DNA of 64,000 nt from Octopus vulgaris (taxonomy: Eukaryota). Positions 63,425 through 64,000 of this stretch are shown one piece after another (the stretch's first letter is position 1; each line of letters starts with the position of its first letter). Position numbers and translations under genes: made by a program. Below the pieces are notes generated by a model. The model was not told the DNA's origin, made no database searches, and worked only from the letters and a program-made list of their open reading frames with translations. The stretch is taken from assembly GCA_951406725.2 (NCBI GenBank), contig OX597823.1:36022001-36086000 (forward strand), read 5' to 3'.

Positions 63425-64000
63425 GTAAATATTTTAATGTTGATATAAACTATGGAACTATCAACATAGCTTGAAGTATCTTTTAGAATAGAGTTTGAAG
63501 AAAGTGTTTGTGTGTGCATGTACACACGCACATGCATCATTTATAGATGACTTTCAAATAACAGTTCTTTATTATTTACTAAAGCAGATACTTTTTAAAT
63601 TAAATCATTTTATTTTCTCAGTCTTTCCTCTCCTTCCCTCATCTTTATACTTTTCTTCATTAGACTGAACTATGTAAAAAAGAAATAAACATTCTATGAT
63701 GCATTCCTACTTTAGAGCAAAACTTTTTATGACAACTCTATTAGTTAGATATTGTGTGATTTTTAAAGTGATTAATATTGTGAGTAGGTCACACTAAACG
63801 AGTTGTTTTCACATGATGGCTGGAGATACTTTCAATGGGGAATTTTTTTAATGAATTTTCTATTGAATTGATTTCAATGTTTGGCAGTGTGTGGCATATA
63901 TTTAGAATGATAATTTGCTTGGGTATAAAGAGGTCTCCAGAAAGGAATCCAACTCTCAAGTAGTGTCACATAATGTTGGTGATTGTAGCCAACATGAACA

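Noticed and set aside
63107-63540. Alternative-frame and antisense ORFs over the last exon
   Set aside because: Shadows of the real UBAP2-family exon 63106-63424.

Overview
AT-rich, microsatellite- and transposon-dense animal genomic DNA. The SINE, MITE and microsatellite content resembles an octopod cephalopod (Octopus-like); that assignment is inference, not a database result. One host gene is recognisable: the 5' part of a + strand UBAP2/UBAP2L/lingerer orthologue. It has four coding exons (46743-46862, 56632-56724, 57267-57377, 63106-63424) encoding the N-terminus, UBA domain and start of the RGG region, and it continues past the window end. A candidate promoter and non-coding first exon lie near 36.8-37.1 kb. 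The first ~36 kb is mostly decayed transposons: Tc1, three mariners, a Mutator-like element, R4/Dong, Tx1-like, CR1, RTE, Penelope-like, Gypsy, a solo LTR, hAT and other MITEs, and SINEs. The introns carry a piggyBac derivative nested in a related MITE and a composite Helitron. The strongest non-coding signals are four Penelope-type minimal hammerhead ribozyme motifs with long stem II insertions (one near-intact), an unexplained densely base-paired GC-rich ~280-nt segment inside the intronic Helitron, an exact 42-bp templated insertion, and an AG|GTAATG acceptor/donor overlap at the UBA exon. Most ORFs in the supplied track are spurious or transposon debris. Coordinates were counted by hand and relic boundaries are approximate.
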